The translations under genes and the position numbers were made by a program. Below are positions 37,332-48,557 of a DNA stretch of 64,000 bases, in pieces; position 1 is the stretch's first letter, and every line of letters begins with the position of its first letter. The stretch is from Dehalococcoidia bacterium (GTDB taxonomy: Bacteria; Chloroflexota; Dehalococcoidia; Lucifugimonadales; UBA3495): contig OZ247428.1 in the NCBI GenBank assembly GCA_965232845.1, positions 2,333,543 to 2,397,542 of the forward strand, read 5' to 3'. The notes beneath the pieces are model-generated. The model searched no databases. It worked only from the letters and a program-made list of their open reading frames with translations, and was not told where the DNA came from.

Positions 37332-37674
37332 AATGCTAAACTTAGATACCTCCTCCCTAGTATCGTGCTTAAACGTACCCCAGTCTATCCAATTTTGAAG
37401 TGGCTGACAAGCCTTGTTTTACAAGGGGGACAAAATAGTTTCGCCTGTATTGGACTGTGAGTTCCCTCCCCTTCAAATTGGGGGGACTGGTCGGCTTCAT
37501 TCTACTACCCTCTGCTCCACTTTTGCTGTTTCTACAGGACCAATATGCAAGATTCCCCATCGGTTTGCCAGCGCATCAGCGGCCTTGCCTGTCTATGCAA
37601 AGCCTCGCTATGCGTGGCAAAATTAATGACAGTCCCCTCAACAACACCGTTACCACTAGGAGCGTACTTCTTAC

Positions 37675-38832
37675 ATGAGCAAATACCGATTGACCAAATA
37701 CCCCTGGATCGTTACCATCCTCGCCGCCATGATGCTGACATTGCTTGCGGCCTGTACCTCCAACGAGGATAGCGCTGCTCCGGCCGAGACCGCGCCCACA
37801 CCCAACATTGAAGCCACCGTAGAGGCCAGGGTTGAGGCAGCATTGGCCGCGGAGGAAGTCCCTTCCAGCCGGCTTGAAAGAGTACGCTCCAGGGGCTCCC
37901 TGGTATGTTCCAGCAACGACTCCTTGGCCGGTTTTGGATACTCGGATGCCAGCGGCAACGTCAAGGGTTTCGATATTGACCTCTGCCGGGCCGTGGCTGC
38001 CGCCGTGCTGGGCGACCCCAACGCGGTTGAACTTCGCAGCACCACCGCCGCCGAGCGCGGCCCCCTGCTGCAGTCCGGTGAAATTGACCTGATGTCCCGC
38101 AACACCACCTGGACCAGCTCCCGCGACGCCCAATGGGGCAACTTTGCCCAGACCATGTTCTACGACGGCCAGGGGTTTATGGCGCCCAAGTCGCTGGGGG
38201 TGTCCTCCATACTGGAACTGAAGGACGCTACCGTGTGCGTGCAGCAGGGCACCACCACTGAACTCAACCTGCAGGATTTTGACAACCAGAACGGAATGAA
38301 CTTCTCGATATTGACCTTCCCGGACAATATCAGCACCGACGAGGCCTATTCCGAGGGGCAATGCGACGCCCTTACCACTGACCGTTCGGGCCTGGTCAGC
38401 ACTCGCCAGGGCCTTGCCAGCCCCCAGGACCACACCATCCTGGCCGGCACCATATCCGAGGAACCCCTGGGCCCCGTCGTTCCCAGTGGCGACGATCAGT
38501 GGTATGACATCGTCAAAATGGTGATGGCCATCCTCATTTACGCCGAGGCCTACGGCATCACCACAGACAGCATTCCCACGTCAGTAACCGGCAATACGCC
38601 GGTGGACCGTATGCTGGGGCTGGAGGGCGCCTTCGGCCAGGAAGACCTGGGCCTGGGCCTGACCGTCACCCAGGACGTAATCCGGGCCGTGGGCAACTAC
38701 GGGGAAATCTACGACCGCCACCTGGCTCCCCTGGGCATCGCCAGGGAGGGCAGCCGCAATGCCCTCTGGAGCTCTGCCCCCTGCACCGACTGCCCCAAGG
38801 GAGGCCAAATCTACGCCGCACCACTGCGGTAG
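37675..38832 (+). CDS. ABC-transporter substrate-binding lipoprotein, general L-amino-acid (AapJ/BztA-like) type
   Basis: Lipobox LTLLAAC. ..GSLVCSSNDSLAGFGY.D.SGN.KGFDIDLCRAVAAAVLGDP..VE......ER...LQSGEIDL..RNTTWT..R.. No cognate permease or ATPase genes are adjacent. Confidence 0.9.
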   Translation: MSKYRLTKYPWIVTILAAMMLTLLAACTSNEDSAAPAETAPTPNIEATVEARVEAALAAEEVPSSRLERVRSRGSLVCSSNDSLAGFGYSDASGNVKGFDIDLCRAVAAAVLGDPNAVELRSTTAAERGPLLQSGEIDLMSRNTTWTSSRDAQWGNFAQTMFYDGQGFMAPKSLGVSSILELKDATVCVQQGTTTELNLQDFDNQNGMNFSILTFPDNISTDEAYSEGQCDALTTDRSGLVSTRQGLASPQDHTILAGTISEEPLGPVVPSGDDQWYDIVKMVMAILIYAEAYGITTDSIPTSVTGNTPVDRMLGLEGAFGQEDLGLGLTVTQDVIRAVGNYGEIYDRHLAPLGIAREGSRNALWSSAPCTDCPKGGQIYAAPLR

Positions 38833-39219
38833 GGCCTGGAGACCTCTGAACAAGTCCATTCCCTCAAGCAGGGAGGAAGGCCAGGACGGGGGTGCCGGCG
38901 CTGACTTCATAGCTGACGCCCCCAAAGCCACCCTTGAGAGATTTCAGCTTTCGCCGCCATGTAGTTGACTTTGTCAGAGGTTCCATAAGCCCTGGCAGCG
39001 AAAGTAAGAGGGTTGCAGGGAATTGTCGGCGGCACGCTTTTGGTCCAGCGCGACGGCTTCGTCCCCGAGGACTGAACAGCAGAACTTGGTCCCACGCGTA
39101 CTGCCCTGGAAATATGCCTGATCCCCGCTACCACAAGCACCTGGAACAACGGGTATAATGTTGCAAATTCCTTCCCGAGAATGCCCGGCCCTGATTCGTC
39201 CATGAAAAAGGAGACCACC

Positions 39220-40071
39220 ATGCAGATCGGAGCCCATGTTTCATCCGCCGGCGGCATCAGCAAGTCCATTGACCGGGGCCTGGAAATTGGCTGCGAGGCC
39301 ATCCAGATTTTCGGTTCATCCGCCCGGACCTGGGCCTTCAAACACCCGGCCGAAAAGGAAGTCGCCGCCTTCAAGGAACGCCGCGCCGAAGCGGGCATGG
39401 GCGCCGTCTTCTTTCACGCCATCTACCTTATCAACCTGGGCAGCCCCAACCCTGAGCTGGTGGAAAAGGGCGTGCAGTCCCTGGTCAACTACATGAACCT
39501 GGCCGCCAACATCGAGGCCGACGGCGTCATCTTTCACCCCGGCAGCCACAAGGGGCTGGGCTACGACCAGGTGTTCGGCCAGGCTGTCGAAGCCATCAAG
39601 CGGGTGCTGGACAACACTCCCGAGGGTCCCTACCTGTGCCTGGAAAATATGGCCGGCATGGGCCAGCACATCGGGGCCAAGTTCGAGGAGCTTGGCGGTA
39701 TCCTCCAAGAGGTAGACAACCCCCGCCTCCGCATCTGCCTGGACACCCAGCACAGCTTTGCCGCCGGCTACGACCTGACGACAATAGACGGCGTCGAGGC
39801 CATGATCGCCCAGTTTGACGAGGCCATCGGCGCCGACAAACTGGCGGCAGTCCACGCCAACGACTCGAAGCAATTGTGTGGCTCCGGTGTGGACCGCCAC
39901 GACAACATTGGCGAAGGCTACATTGGCGAACAGGGCTTTGCCTGCATAATGGGCAATCCGGCCTTCAAAGACGTTCCCTTCTTCCTGGAAGTCCCCGGCT
40001 TCGAAGGCGACGGCCCAGACCAGCAAAACATAGACATTTTGAAGAGGATACGCCAGGAAGTGGGGCTGTAG
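39220..40071 (+). CDS. nfo: deoxyribonuclease IV (endonuclease IV)
   Basis: AGGAG-7 nt-ATG. MQIGAHVSSAGG.., ..FHAIYLINL.., ..HPGSH.., ..LENMAG.., ..CLDTQH.F..GYD.. Confidence 0.9.
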   Translation: MQIGAHVSSAGGISKSIDRGLEIGCEAIQIFGSSARTWAFKHPAEKEVAAFKERRAEAGMGAVFFHAIYLINLGSPNPELVEKGVQSLVNYMNLAANIEADGVIFHPGSHKGLGYDQVFGQAVEAIKRVLDNTPEGPYLCLENMAGMGQHIGAKFEELGGILQEVDNPRLRICLDTQHSFAAGYDLTTIDGVEAMIAQFDEAIGADKLAAVHANDSKQLCGSGVDRHDNIGEGYIGEQGFACIMGNPAFKDVPFFLEVPGFEGDGPDQQNIDILKRIRQEVGL

Positions 40072-40094
40072 TCACTCTGCTGTGAGATCGCTAC

Positions 40095-40463
40095 TTGGTT
40101 GAAGTCAGTTACCCCGAATTTTCTCGTTTGGTGCGGCGGGCCTACCGCCGGTTGCCGCCCTATGTGCTGCAAGCCCTGGAGAACGTCGACATCACGGTGG
40201 AAGAATGGCCGGGGGCTGATGAGGACGATCTGGTGGACGAGGGGAGCACACTATTCGGTCTATACTACGGAGTACCGCTGACGTATAGGGAGGGGTTGCC
40301 ACCTTCCCTGCCCGACCGCATTACCCTCTATCGCCAGCCCATTCTGGAAAACTGCGCCACCCGCCGCGAAGTGGTCCGAGAAATTCGCGTAACCCTGTGG
40401 CACGAGGTAGGTCACTACCTGGGAATGGACGAAGACGACCTTCACCGCCTGGGCTACGGGTAG
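40095..40463 (+). CDS. small zinc metallopeptidase-family protein (COG3824-like)
   Basis: ..ENVDITVEEWP.. and C-terminal ..TLWHEVGHYLGMDEDDLHRLGY (HExxH). TTG start. Confidence 0.75.
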   Translation: MVEVSYPEFSRLVRRAYRRLPPYVLQALENVDITVEEWPGADEDDLVDEGSTLFGLYYGVPLTYREGLPPSLPDRITLYRQPILENCATRREVVREIRVTLWHEVGHYLGMDEDDLHRLGYG

Positions 40464-40693
40464 TTTGACCTCCGAGGGCATACGAGATTGCCTGAGGTTG
40501 CCTAAGGTATGGTCCAGAAGTGATCAGCCCGCGCTTCTAAAGTCCAATCTGCTTGTAACGAACATCCAGCCCGCTCATCAGGAGCCCGTCGAATGTCGAG
40601 ACATGCGACCTCTTTCATCCTTAGCATGTAGAAGGATCACCTCGATGAAAACCCGCATAATATTCCCACCGCCCACCACTAACCGATCAAGCC

Positions 40694-41212
40694 GTGAACG
40701 CACTTAACCGCATCGGTAAAGCCATCGGCCTTGGATTCGGCTCGGGCCTCTGTCCCGTCGCGCCCGGCACCACGGGCAGCTTTGCTGCTGTCGTCATCTA
40801 CTATGCGGTCTTCCTTGTCCTGCCGCCGGAACTGGTCATCGCACCCCAATTCTTTTGGAGCCTCGATGGCATTTTCCTGTTAACTCTTTTGATTGTGGCT
40901 GGCTTGCCTTTAGGAATCTGGGCCACCGGTCTCCTGGTTACTGAAGAAGAACCCGACCCCGGCCGTGCAGTCTGGGACGAGTTTGTGGGCATGTGGATAA
41001 CCTGTCTCCTGGTACCCCCGGAACCGATCTGGCTGGCAATCGCCTTTGTGTGCTTCCGCGTCTTCGACGTCCTCAAACCATGGCCGGCCAACCGGCTGGA
41101 AAGCCTGCCCGGCGGCTGGGGCATAATGGCCGACGACGTGGTTGCGGGGATTTACGGCGCTGCTCTGATGGTTATCTTCCAACTGGCTTGGGCTTCGCAA
41201 TTCCCCAACTAA
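40694..41212 (+). CDS. pgpA: phosphatidylglycerophosphatase A
   Basis: GLGFGSGL.P.APGT.GS.., ..WDEFVGMW.., ..FR.FD..KPWP...LE.LPGGWGIM.DD..AG.Y.. Confidence 0.85.
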   Translation: MNALNRIGKAIGLGFGSGLCPVAPGTTGSFAAVVIYYAVFLVLPPELVIAPQFFWSLDGIFLLTLLIVAGLPLGIWATGLLVTEEEPDPGRAVWDEFVGMWITCLLVPPEPIWLAIAFVCFRVFDVLKPWPANRLESLPGGWGIMADDVVAGIYGAALMVIFQLAWASQFPN

Positions 41213-41428
41213 TAGGCATACCCACTCCACCGTGGCAAGTTCAAGTCCCTCTGCTTTTGGTACCTGCATCCGGGCTCTCAGCACCTGCATTTGAAGCCCC
41301 GCACGTACCAAAGTCAGACAGTATTGACGCCTGGCGGCCACACCTTTAAGCAATTCTCATTGCCGGAAAAACAGCCCCTGTGCTATACTTCTGGAAATCC
41401 TGCGATAGCAGTTATAAGGACAGTGTTT

Positions 41429-42391
41429 ATGGTACAGTCTGTTGAGCGTCCTGCTGAACAAGCCCCCGTGGCGACTCCTCCCCCCGCTCCCCAGCGTGAA
41501 CCCCTGACGATGAAATCCCTTCTCGAAGCCGGTGTTCATTTCGGCCACCAGACTCGCCGCTGGAACCCCCGCATGAAGCGGTATATCTTCACCCAGCGCA
41601 ACGGGATTCACATCATCGACCTGCAGCAAACCCTCGGTCTGATGAACGAGGCCTATCGGGCCATGGTACAGGTGGCGGCCAATGGTGGGAACGTCCTCTT
41701 CGTGGGCACCAAGAAGCAGGCCCAGGAAGTGATGATGAGCGAGGCCGAACGCTGCGGAATGTGGTACATCAACCAGCGCTGGCTTGGCGGCACCCTCACC
41801 AACTTCCAGACCATCCGCACTCGAATCAACTACATGATCGAGTTGCAGCAGAAACGCGACCAGGGTTATTTCCGTGTCCTGCCCAAGAAGGAAGGCTTGA
41901 AGCTGGAAGAGACTCTGGCCAAGCTGGAAAAATACTTCCTCGGCATTCGCAACATGACCACTCTGCCCCAGGCAATGTTCATCATTGACATCTGCAAAGA
42001 GGACATCTGTGTCGCCGAAGCGCGCCGGATGGGTATTCCCATCTTCGCCATAGTGGACACCGATACCAACCCGGACCTGGTAAGTCACCCCATCCCCGGC
42101 AATGACGACGCCGTCCGGTCCATCCGGTTGGTCACCAGCCGCCTGGCTTCCGCCATCCTTGAAGGCAAGGCCGAGCGAGAGGCATTGCTGGAGGAACAGC
42201 GGGCCCTAGCCGAAGCTGCCGCTCAAGCCGAGGCCGACGCCCTGGCTGCCGAGGCGGGTGAGTCAGGCGAGGAAATGTCCGACGAAGAGGCCGAACATGT
42301 GGCCCTGGCTTCCATGCCCCTGGACGACCTGGCCCAGATGATGGAACAGGCCAGCCGGGGTGACGGGGAAGCTGAAGGAAGCGGAGCCTAG
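41429..42391 (+). CDS. rpsB: 30S ribosomal protein S2 with N-terminal P/A-rich and C-terminal acidic extensions
   Basis: ..[41 protein letters not shown].. is the core. The start is taken at ATG 41429 (ORF open from 41291). Confidence 0.95.
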   Translation: MVQSVERPAEQAPVATPPPAPQREPLTMKSLLEAGVHFGHQTRRWNPRMKRYIFTQRNGIHIIDLQQTLGLMNEAYRAMVQVAANGGNVLFVGTKKQAQEVMMSEAERCGMWYINQRWLGGTLTNFQTIRTRINYMIELQQKRDQGYFRVLPKKEGLKLEETLAKLEKYFLGIRNMTTLPQAMFIIDICKEDICVAEARRMGIPIFAIVDTDTNPDLVSHPIPGNDDAVRSIRLVTSRLASAILEGKAEREALLEEQRALAEAAAQAEADALAAEAGESGEEMSDEEAEHVALASMPLDDLAQMMEQASRGDGEAEGSGA

Positions 42392-42563
42392 GGTAAATGG
42401 CCGTGCAATTCATGCATTGGCCCATCGCTTACAGGAGTAAGATTCAATAGGGCGGTTCATCGGCAAATATTGGATAGCGTATTACATTTCCTTCCTGGTA
42501 GGAGTCGCTATCCTGACCGGACTTCACTGGTACTCCCCGAGGTGGAACGAAGACTGGTTATCT

Positions 42564-42836
42564 TTGCAAGCCGATATATTCGGAGTGGCGTTCGGCGCCT
42601 CCGTAGCCTTCACCATCGTTGTTGAGGTAGTGGGCCGCATGGTACTGCTAATACCGGATGCGATAAGAAAAATACGGGAACAGGGACGCCAGGAGCAACG
42701 AAAGGCTCAACGGCAACGAAGGAAGGAAGCCTACGAACGGTTTGGCGTGGACGTCGACGGAGTAAGGATGTTGCCTGACACGCCCGAAGTAAAGGCATTC
42801 CTGGATGGACAGGAATCTCCAGATTCCGGTACATAG
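42564..42836 (+). CDS. hypothetical small membrane protein between rpsB and tsf
   Basis: TTG start in the ORF track. The frame is open from 42441 and the upstream part encodes another TM-like segment (YWIAYYISFLVGVAILTGLHWY) without a canonical start codon. Confidence 0.35.
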   Translation: MQADIFGVAFGASVAFTIVVEVVGRMVLLIPDAIRKIREQGRQEQRKAQRQRRKEAYERFGVDVDGVRMLPDTPEVKAFLDGQESPDSGT

Positions 42837-42941
42837 CTAAATCGCTCCTGACCCCCGTGCGCCCTTAACTGTAAATGGGCGCACACAGGAATAGGCCAAG
42901 GGCCCACTGGGGCCCCAAACATCCATACATGGAGGAGATCC

Positions 42942-44185
<1,244 letters not shown>

Positions 44186-44324
44186 GCAATCGCCGCCCGG
44201 CCCAGGGTAATCCGCCTTGGCCGGAGGTTCGGTTTCTGCGGCACAGAAGGAAAATGAGCCGAAGCCTGCCACCTGCCCTGGCGGCTTCGCCCCTGAGACA
44301 GGCACAGCAACGGGAGGATTGACC

Positions 44325-44918
44325 ATGCCAGATAGGGACAATGACGCCGATATCCAGTTGACTCCTGAAGACGTTCTTACCGAAGTGGAACGCAAGATGG
44401 GCCGGGCCATGGAAGCCCTGGATAGGGAACTGTCCACCCTGCGTACCGGCCGGGCTACCCCCTCACTCATCGAAAACGTAAGCGTGGACTATTACGGAAC
44501 ACCCACGCCCCTCAAGCAGATTGCCTCAATTTCCGCGCCGGACGCCCGGGCAATCATGGTACAGCCCTGGGACAAGCAGGCCCTGCGCGACATTGAGCGA
44601 AGCCTCATGAAGTCGGAGATGGGCTTCAATCCCTCCAACGACGGCAACATGATCACCGTTCCTATTCCGCCCCTGAACCAGGAACGCCGCCAGGAACTGG
44701 TGCGCCTCCTCAAGCGCAAGATCGAAGAGGGCAAGGTCTCCGTCCGCAACGTCCGCCGTGACGGCCTCGAATCCCTGCGTAAGCTCGAGCGGGACAAAGC
44801 CATTTCCCAGGACCAGAACCGTCGCAGCCAGGACCAGCTGCAAAAGACCACCGACTCCTTCATCAAGAATATTGACCAGGTTTCCACCGCTAAAGAAGCG
44901 GAGATCTTGCAGGTCTAG
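44325..44918 (+). CDS. frr: ribosome recycling factor
   Basis: ..LRTGRATPSLIENVSVDYYGTPTPLKQIASISAPDAR...VQPWDK..., ..PIPPLNQERRQELV.. Confidence 0.95.
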   Translation: MPDRDNDADIQLTPEDVLTEVERKMGRAMEALDRELSTLRTGRATPSLIENVSVDYYGTPTPLKQIASISAPDARAIMVQPWDKQALRDIERSLMKSEMGFNPSNDGNMITVPIPPLNQERRQELVRLLKRKIEEGKVSVRNVRRDGLESLRKLERDKAISQDQNRRSQDQLQKTTDSFIKNIDQVSTAKEAEILQV

Positions 44919-44933
44919 CCCCCGGATCAGGAT

Positions 44934-45737
44934 ATGAAAGCCCGCACCGGCTCGGCCCACCTGCAGCATTCCTCCGTTTACACGGCCAGCCGGCAAGTCG
45001 GCGCCAGGAAGCAACACGACGGCGCCGACCGCACCGGCATACCCCGCCATGTGGCCATAATCATGGACGGCAATGGCCGCTGGGCGGAAAGCCAGGGACT
45101 GCCCCGGCTATCCGGCCACCGCGAGGGTGTCAGCGCCATACCCAAAGTCGTTGACCTGCTGGCGGCCCGCGGCGTGGAATACCTCACCATCTTTGCCTTC
45201 TCCACCGAAAACTGGGGCCGCCCCTCTACCGAGGTCGAAGGGCTCATCGAATTGCTGCATGAAACCCTGCAGCGGGAGACCGACCTCTTCAAGAAGAAAA
45301 ATGTCCGGGTCTTCCACATCGGCAACGCCGACCGCCTCTCCCCGGCCGTCCGCCGCGCCGTTGAGCATATCCAGGACGAGACCAGCGCCAATACCGGTAT
45401 CGTCCTCAACGTGGCTTTCGACTACGGTGGACGCCAGGAAATCCTCACCGCCGTTCAGCAGTTGATCCGCGAGGGCATCGCTCCCGAAGAGGTAACCGAG
45501 GAACTGTTCAGCGCCCGCCTCTTCACCGCCCACTGTCCCGACCCTGACCTGATCATCCGCACCGGAGGCGAGTTGCGCATCAGCAACTTCCTTCTCTGGC
45601 AGTCTGCCTACAGCGAGTACTACCACACCCCCGTCCTCTGGCCCGACCTGGACGAGGCTGAGCTGGACCTGGCCCTGGCCGCCTATGGCAGCCGCCAGCG
45701 GCGATTCGGCAACGTCGTTCCAGACTCCGAGGCCTAG
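44934..45737 (+). CDS. uppS: isoprenyl transferase (undecaprenyl-diphosphate synthase family)
   Basis: PRHVAIIMDGNGRWA.., ..LTIFAFSTENW.RP..EV.., ..RTGGE.RISNFLLWQSAYSEYY.. The true start is probably downstream of the first Met. Confidence 0.9.
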   Translation: MKARTGSAHLQHSSVYTASRQVGARKQHDGADRTGIPRHVAIIMDGNGRWAESQGLPRLSGHREGVSAIPKVVDLLAARGVEYLTIFAFSTENWGRPSTEVEGLIELLHETLQRETDLFKKKNVRVFHIGNADRLSPAVRRAVEHIQDETSANTGIVLNVAFDYGGRQEILTAVQQLIREGIAPEEVTEELFSARLFTAHCPDPDLIIRTGGELRISNFLLWQSAYSEYYHTPVLWPDLDEAELDLALAAYGSRQRRFGNVVPDSEA

Positions 45738-45742
45738 TCCTC

Positions 45743-47101
45743 TTGCTGCTCCGGACCGTCACCGCCCTGGTGGGCCTCGCCATCTTGTTTACCTGCCTTT
45801 GGGGCGGCCTCCCCGGGGTCTTCTTTATCACCCTGCTGGCCGCCGTCCTGGGCATCCGCGAGTTCTACCGTCTGCACCCACCCGACAGTTCCTTGTCAGC
45901 GCCCGACAACTCGCCGCCAGCGCCGGGGATCGACACATCATTGCCAACGACGGAAGTTTCAATTCCCGACACCAGCGTCCTGGAACTCGTTGACGATACC
46001 GCAACAGACGAAGATCTCTCACAAGCTACCGCTCAACCCACACATATAGCCGGCGATCCTTCACGGATCACCGCTAATCCCTCACAAACCGCCGCTAATC
46101 CCTTACAGACCATCGCTCATGGTGAGCCTGTCGAACCAACCCCGCAAAACTCCGCAACTAACACCGGTGTACCGGAACAGCCTGCCATAACCAGCCAGCA
46201 GTCGTGCGACACAACGACTGTCGCCCCCGCCTCTGCCGCATCCCTGGACTATGACTGTGGTGAGGCCGGTAAATACTCTTCTGAAGAGCAGCCCGTCAGT
46301 CCTGCCCCGGATGCTCCGGCGGCCACGTCCCTTCCCAACCTGGTCGGCGCGGTCTGGGTCGCGGCCTTCGTCATCGGCGGTGCTGCCGCCAACAGCCTGC
46401 TCCATTTCTGGGGCGTATCCCTCGGCGTGTTCCTGGCCGGTGGATTTATCGCCCTCCTCTGGTTCATCGCCTTCTACCATGGCCCCCGCTGGCCCGTGGC
46501 TGCGGTCTACCTGTACGGCGGGCCCCTATACGTCGGCTTCCTCCTGGCCCACGTTCTGGCCCTTGCCCAGGTTGGCGAAAATTTCTTCTACGCCAACCCC
46601 ACGGCCTTTGACTTCCTGTCCTTTCCCGACGACAGCTACTCCCTGGGTCGGAACTGGGTCCTTTTCGCCCTGCTGACCACCTTCGCCACCGACACCGGGG
46701 CCTATCTGGTCGGTCGCGCCATCGGCCGTCACCCCATGGCCCCGGGCATCAGCCCCAACAAGACCTGGGAGGGCGCCGTCGGAGGCTTCATCGGCGCCAT
46801 CATCGCCGCCCTCCTGCTGGAGCGACTGCTTAACCTGGGCCTCGGTACGCCAGGTCTGACCGGGGACTTGTCCGGGGTATGGTCCCAGGCCTGGAACTGG
46901 CAACCGCTCCTGATTGGTGCTACAGTTGGTATCGTGGCTCAGCTTGGTGACCTTTTGGAGTCCAAGCTCAAGCGCCTCTCCCAGGTCAAGGACGCCGGCG
47001 GGCTGATGCCCGGCCACGGCGGGTTGCTCGACCGTCTCGACAGCCTGCTCATTACCATACCCGTGGTCTACTATCTTCTGGTGGCGGTGCTCCGGCCATG
47101 A
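45743..47101 (+). CDS. cdsA: phosphatidate cytidylyltransferase with ~170-aa low-complexity insertion
   Basis: N-terminal TM pair, then a P/S/T/A/Q-rich segment (~45880-46390) with internal repeats (ITANPSQTAANPLQT). The canonical core follows: ..TDTGAYLVGRAIGRH.MAP.ISPNKTWEGAVGG.. and ..KD.G.LMPGHGGLLDR.DS.. TTG start. Confidence 0.85.
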   Translation: MLLRTVTALVGLAILFTCLWGGLPGVFFITLLAAVLGIREFYRLHPPDSSLSAPDNSPPAPGIDTSLPTTEVSIPDTSVLELVDDTATDEDLSQATAQPTHIAGDPSRITANPSQTAANPLQTIAHGEPVEPTPQNSATNTGVPEQPAITSQQSCDTTTVAPASAASLDYDCGEAGKYSSEEQPVSPAPDAPAATSLPNLVGAVWVAAFVIGGAAANSLLHFWGVSLGVFLAGGFIALLWFIAFYHGPRWPVAAVYLYGGPLYVGFLLAHVLALAQVGENFFYANPTAFDFLSFPDDSYSLGRNWVLFALLTTFATDTGAYLVGRAIGRHPMAPGISPNKTWEGAVGGFIGAIIAALLLERLLNLGLGTPGLTGDLSGVWSQAWNWQPLLIGATVGIVAQLGDLLESKLKRLSQVKDAGGLMPGHGGLLDRLDSLLITIPVVYYLLVAVLRP

Positions 47102-48231
47102 GAAACATTGTCGTCCTGGGATGCACCGGTTCCATCGGTTGCCAGACTCTGGACATTGTCCGGGCCTTCCCCGACGAGTTCCACGTCGTGGGCCTCGCCG
47201 CCGGCGCCAACCACGACCTGTTCCGCCAGCAGATAGCCGAGTTCACTCCCCTGCACATCTACTGCATTAACCCGCCCGCAGACCTGGCTCCGGGCATCGA
47301 CTTCATGCCCATGGAGGACATGGTCTGCCTGCCCGAGGTGGACGTCATAATGGCCGCCACCACCGGCGCCGCCGGCCTGCAGCCCACCCTCAACGCTTTG
47401 CGCCAGGGCAAGACCGTCGCCCTGTCCAACAAGGAACCCATAGTCATGGCCGGCCCGCTGCTCAAGGACTACGAACGCAAGTACGGCGGCGCCATCCTCC
47501 CCGTGGACAGCGAACCCAGCGCCATCTGGCAGTGCATCCAGGGCGAGGCCAGCGAAATCCGCCGCCTCATCATCACCGCGTCCGGCGGCCCCTTCCGCAC
47601 CATGCCCTTGGAGGAAATGGCCACAGTAACACCGGAGCAGGCGCTGAATCATCCCACCTGGCAGATGGGCCCCAAGATAACCATCGACTCGGCCACCCTG
47701 ATGAACAAGGCCTTCGAGGTCATCGAGTCCCACTGGCTGTTCGATGTTCCCTGGGAAAACATCGAGGTGGTGGTCCACCCCCAGAGCACCATCCATTCCA
47801 TGGTTGAGTTCGCCGACGGGTCGGTCAAGGCTCAGCTTGGCCCGCCCAGCATGAGGCTCCCCATCCAGTACGCCCTCTTTTATCCGGAACGGCGCCGCAA
47901 CCCCGACGACTCCCTGATACCCCGCCTGGACACTGGCATCGCCCAGGCTCTGGACTTCCGGCCCATGGAGCCCGAGCGGTACCCCTGCTTCAACCTGGCC
48001 CTGGCCACCGCCCAGAAGGGAAAAACCTACCCCACCGTCCTCAGCGCCGCCGACGAAGTGGCGGTCAACGCCTTCCTGGAAGGCAAAATAGCCTTCACCG
48101 ACATCTACCGAGTGGTGGAAACGGTGGTAAACAACCACCAGCCAACCTCCGGAGAGTCCCTGGAAGAACTGCTGTCGGCGGACGCATGGGGGACAGAAGA
48201 AGCAGAACGGGTAGTGGGGGAGTTGGGGTAG
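47098..48231 (+). CDS. dxr: 1-deoxy-D-xylulose-5-phosphate reductoisomerase
   Basis: MRNIVVLGCTGSIGCQTLDIV.., ..LSNKE.IVMAGPL.., ..ITASGGPFR.., ..HP.W.MG.KITIDSATLMNK..E.IE.. Confidence 0.95.
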   Translation: MRNIVVLGCTGSIGCQTLDIVRAFPDEFHVVGLAAGANHDLFRQQIAEFTPLHIYCINPPADLAPGIDFMPMEDMVCLPEVDVIMAATTGAAGLQPTLNALRQGKTVALSNKEPIVMAGPLLKDYERKYGGAILPVDSEPSAIWQCIQGEASEIRRLIITASGGPFRTMPLEEMATVTPEQALNHPTWQMGPKITIDSATLMNKAFEVIESHWLFDVPWENIEVVVHPQSTIHSMVEFADGSVKAQLGPPSMRLPIQYALFYPERRRNPDDSLIPRLDTGIAQALDFRPMEPERYPCFNLALATAQKGKTYPTVLSAADEVAVNAFLEGKIAFTDIYRVVETVVNNHQPTSGESLEELLSADAWGTEEAERVVGELG

Positions 48232-48288
48232 AGAACTGGACACCAATTACATACTAGAATATATGTGGCATTTAAGGGGCTTGTGTGC

Positions 48289-48514
48289 CAAGGCAATCGC
48301 GCTTTAAAGATTACGGCATAAAGAGAACCAAATGATTCAATAATAGGGGCCGACGGTGGTGCAGTTTGCCCCAAATCGGGCTTTCTCGTCCTTCAGTTTG
48401 GCATCTACCGAGGCAGGTAGCGGACACTCGATGGTGATTCGAGGGTTTTCGGACAGCAGAAATGGCCCAACCATGTGGAATTGTATCGTTACGAATTAAA
48501 ACGCGATTGCCCCG
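48289..48514. mobile_element. MITE-like element copy 3 (226 bp)
   Basis: TIRs caaggcaatcgcgcttta (48289-) and ttaaaacgcgattgccccg (-48514). Perfect 10-bp flanking duplication gcttgtgtgc (48279-48288 and 48515-48524). Nearly the same length as copy 1. Confidence 0.65.
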
Positions 48515-48557
48515 GCTTGTGTGCTATTTTGCAACAAAACACCGATTGAGTATTCAT

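Noticed and set aside
41231-41256. tRNA-like T-arm (gttcaagtccc) upstream of rpsB
   Set aside because: The flanking bases do not form a T-stem, and no acceptor, D or anticodon arms can be drawn. No tRNA is called anywhere in the window.
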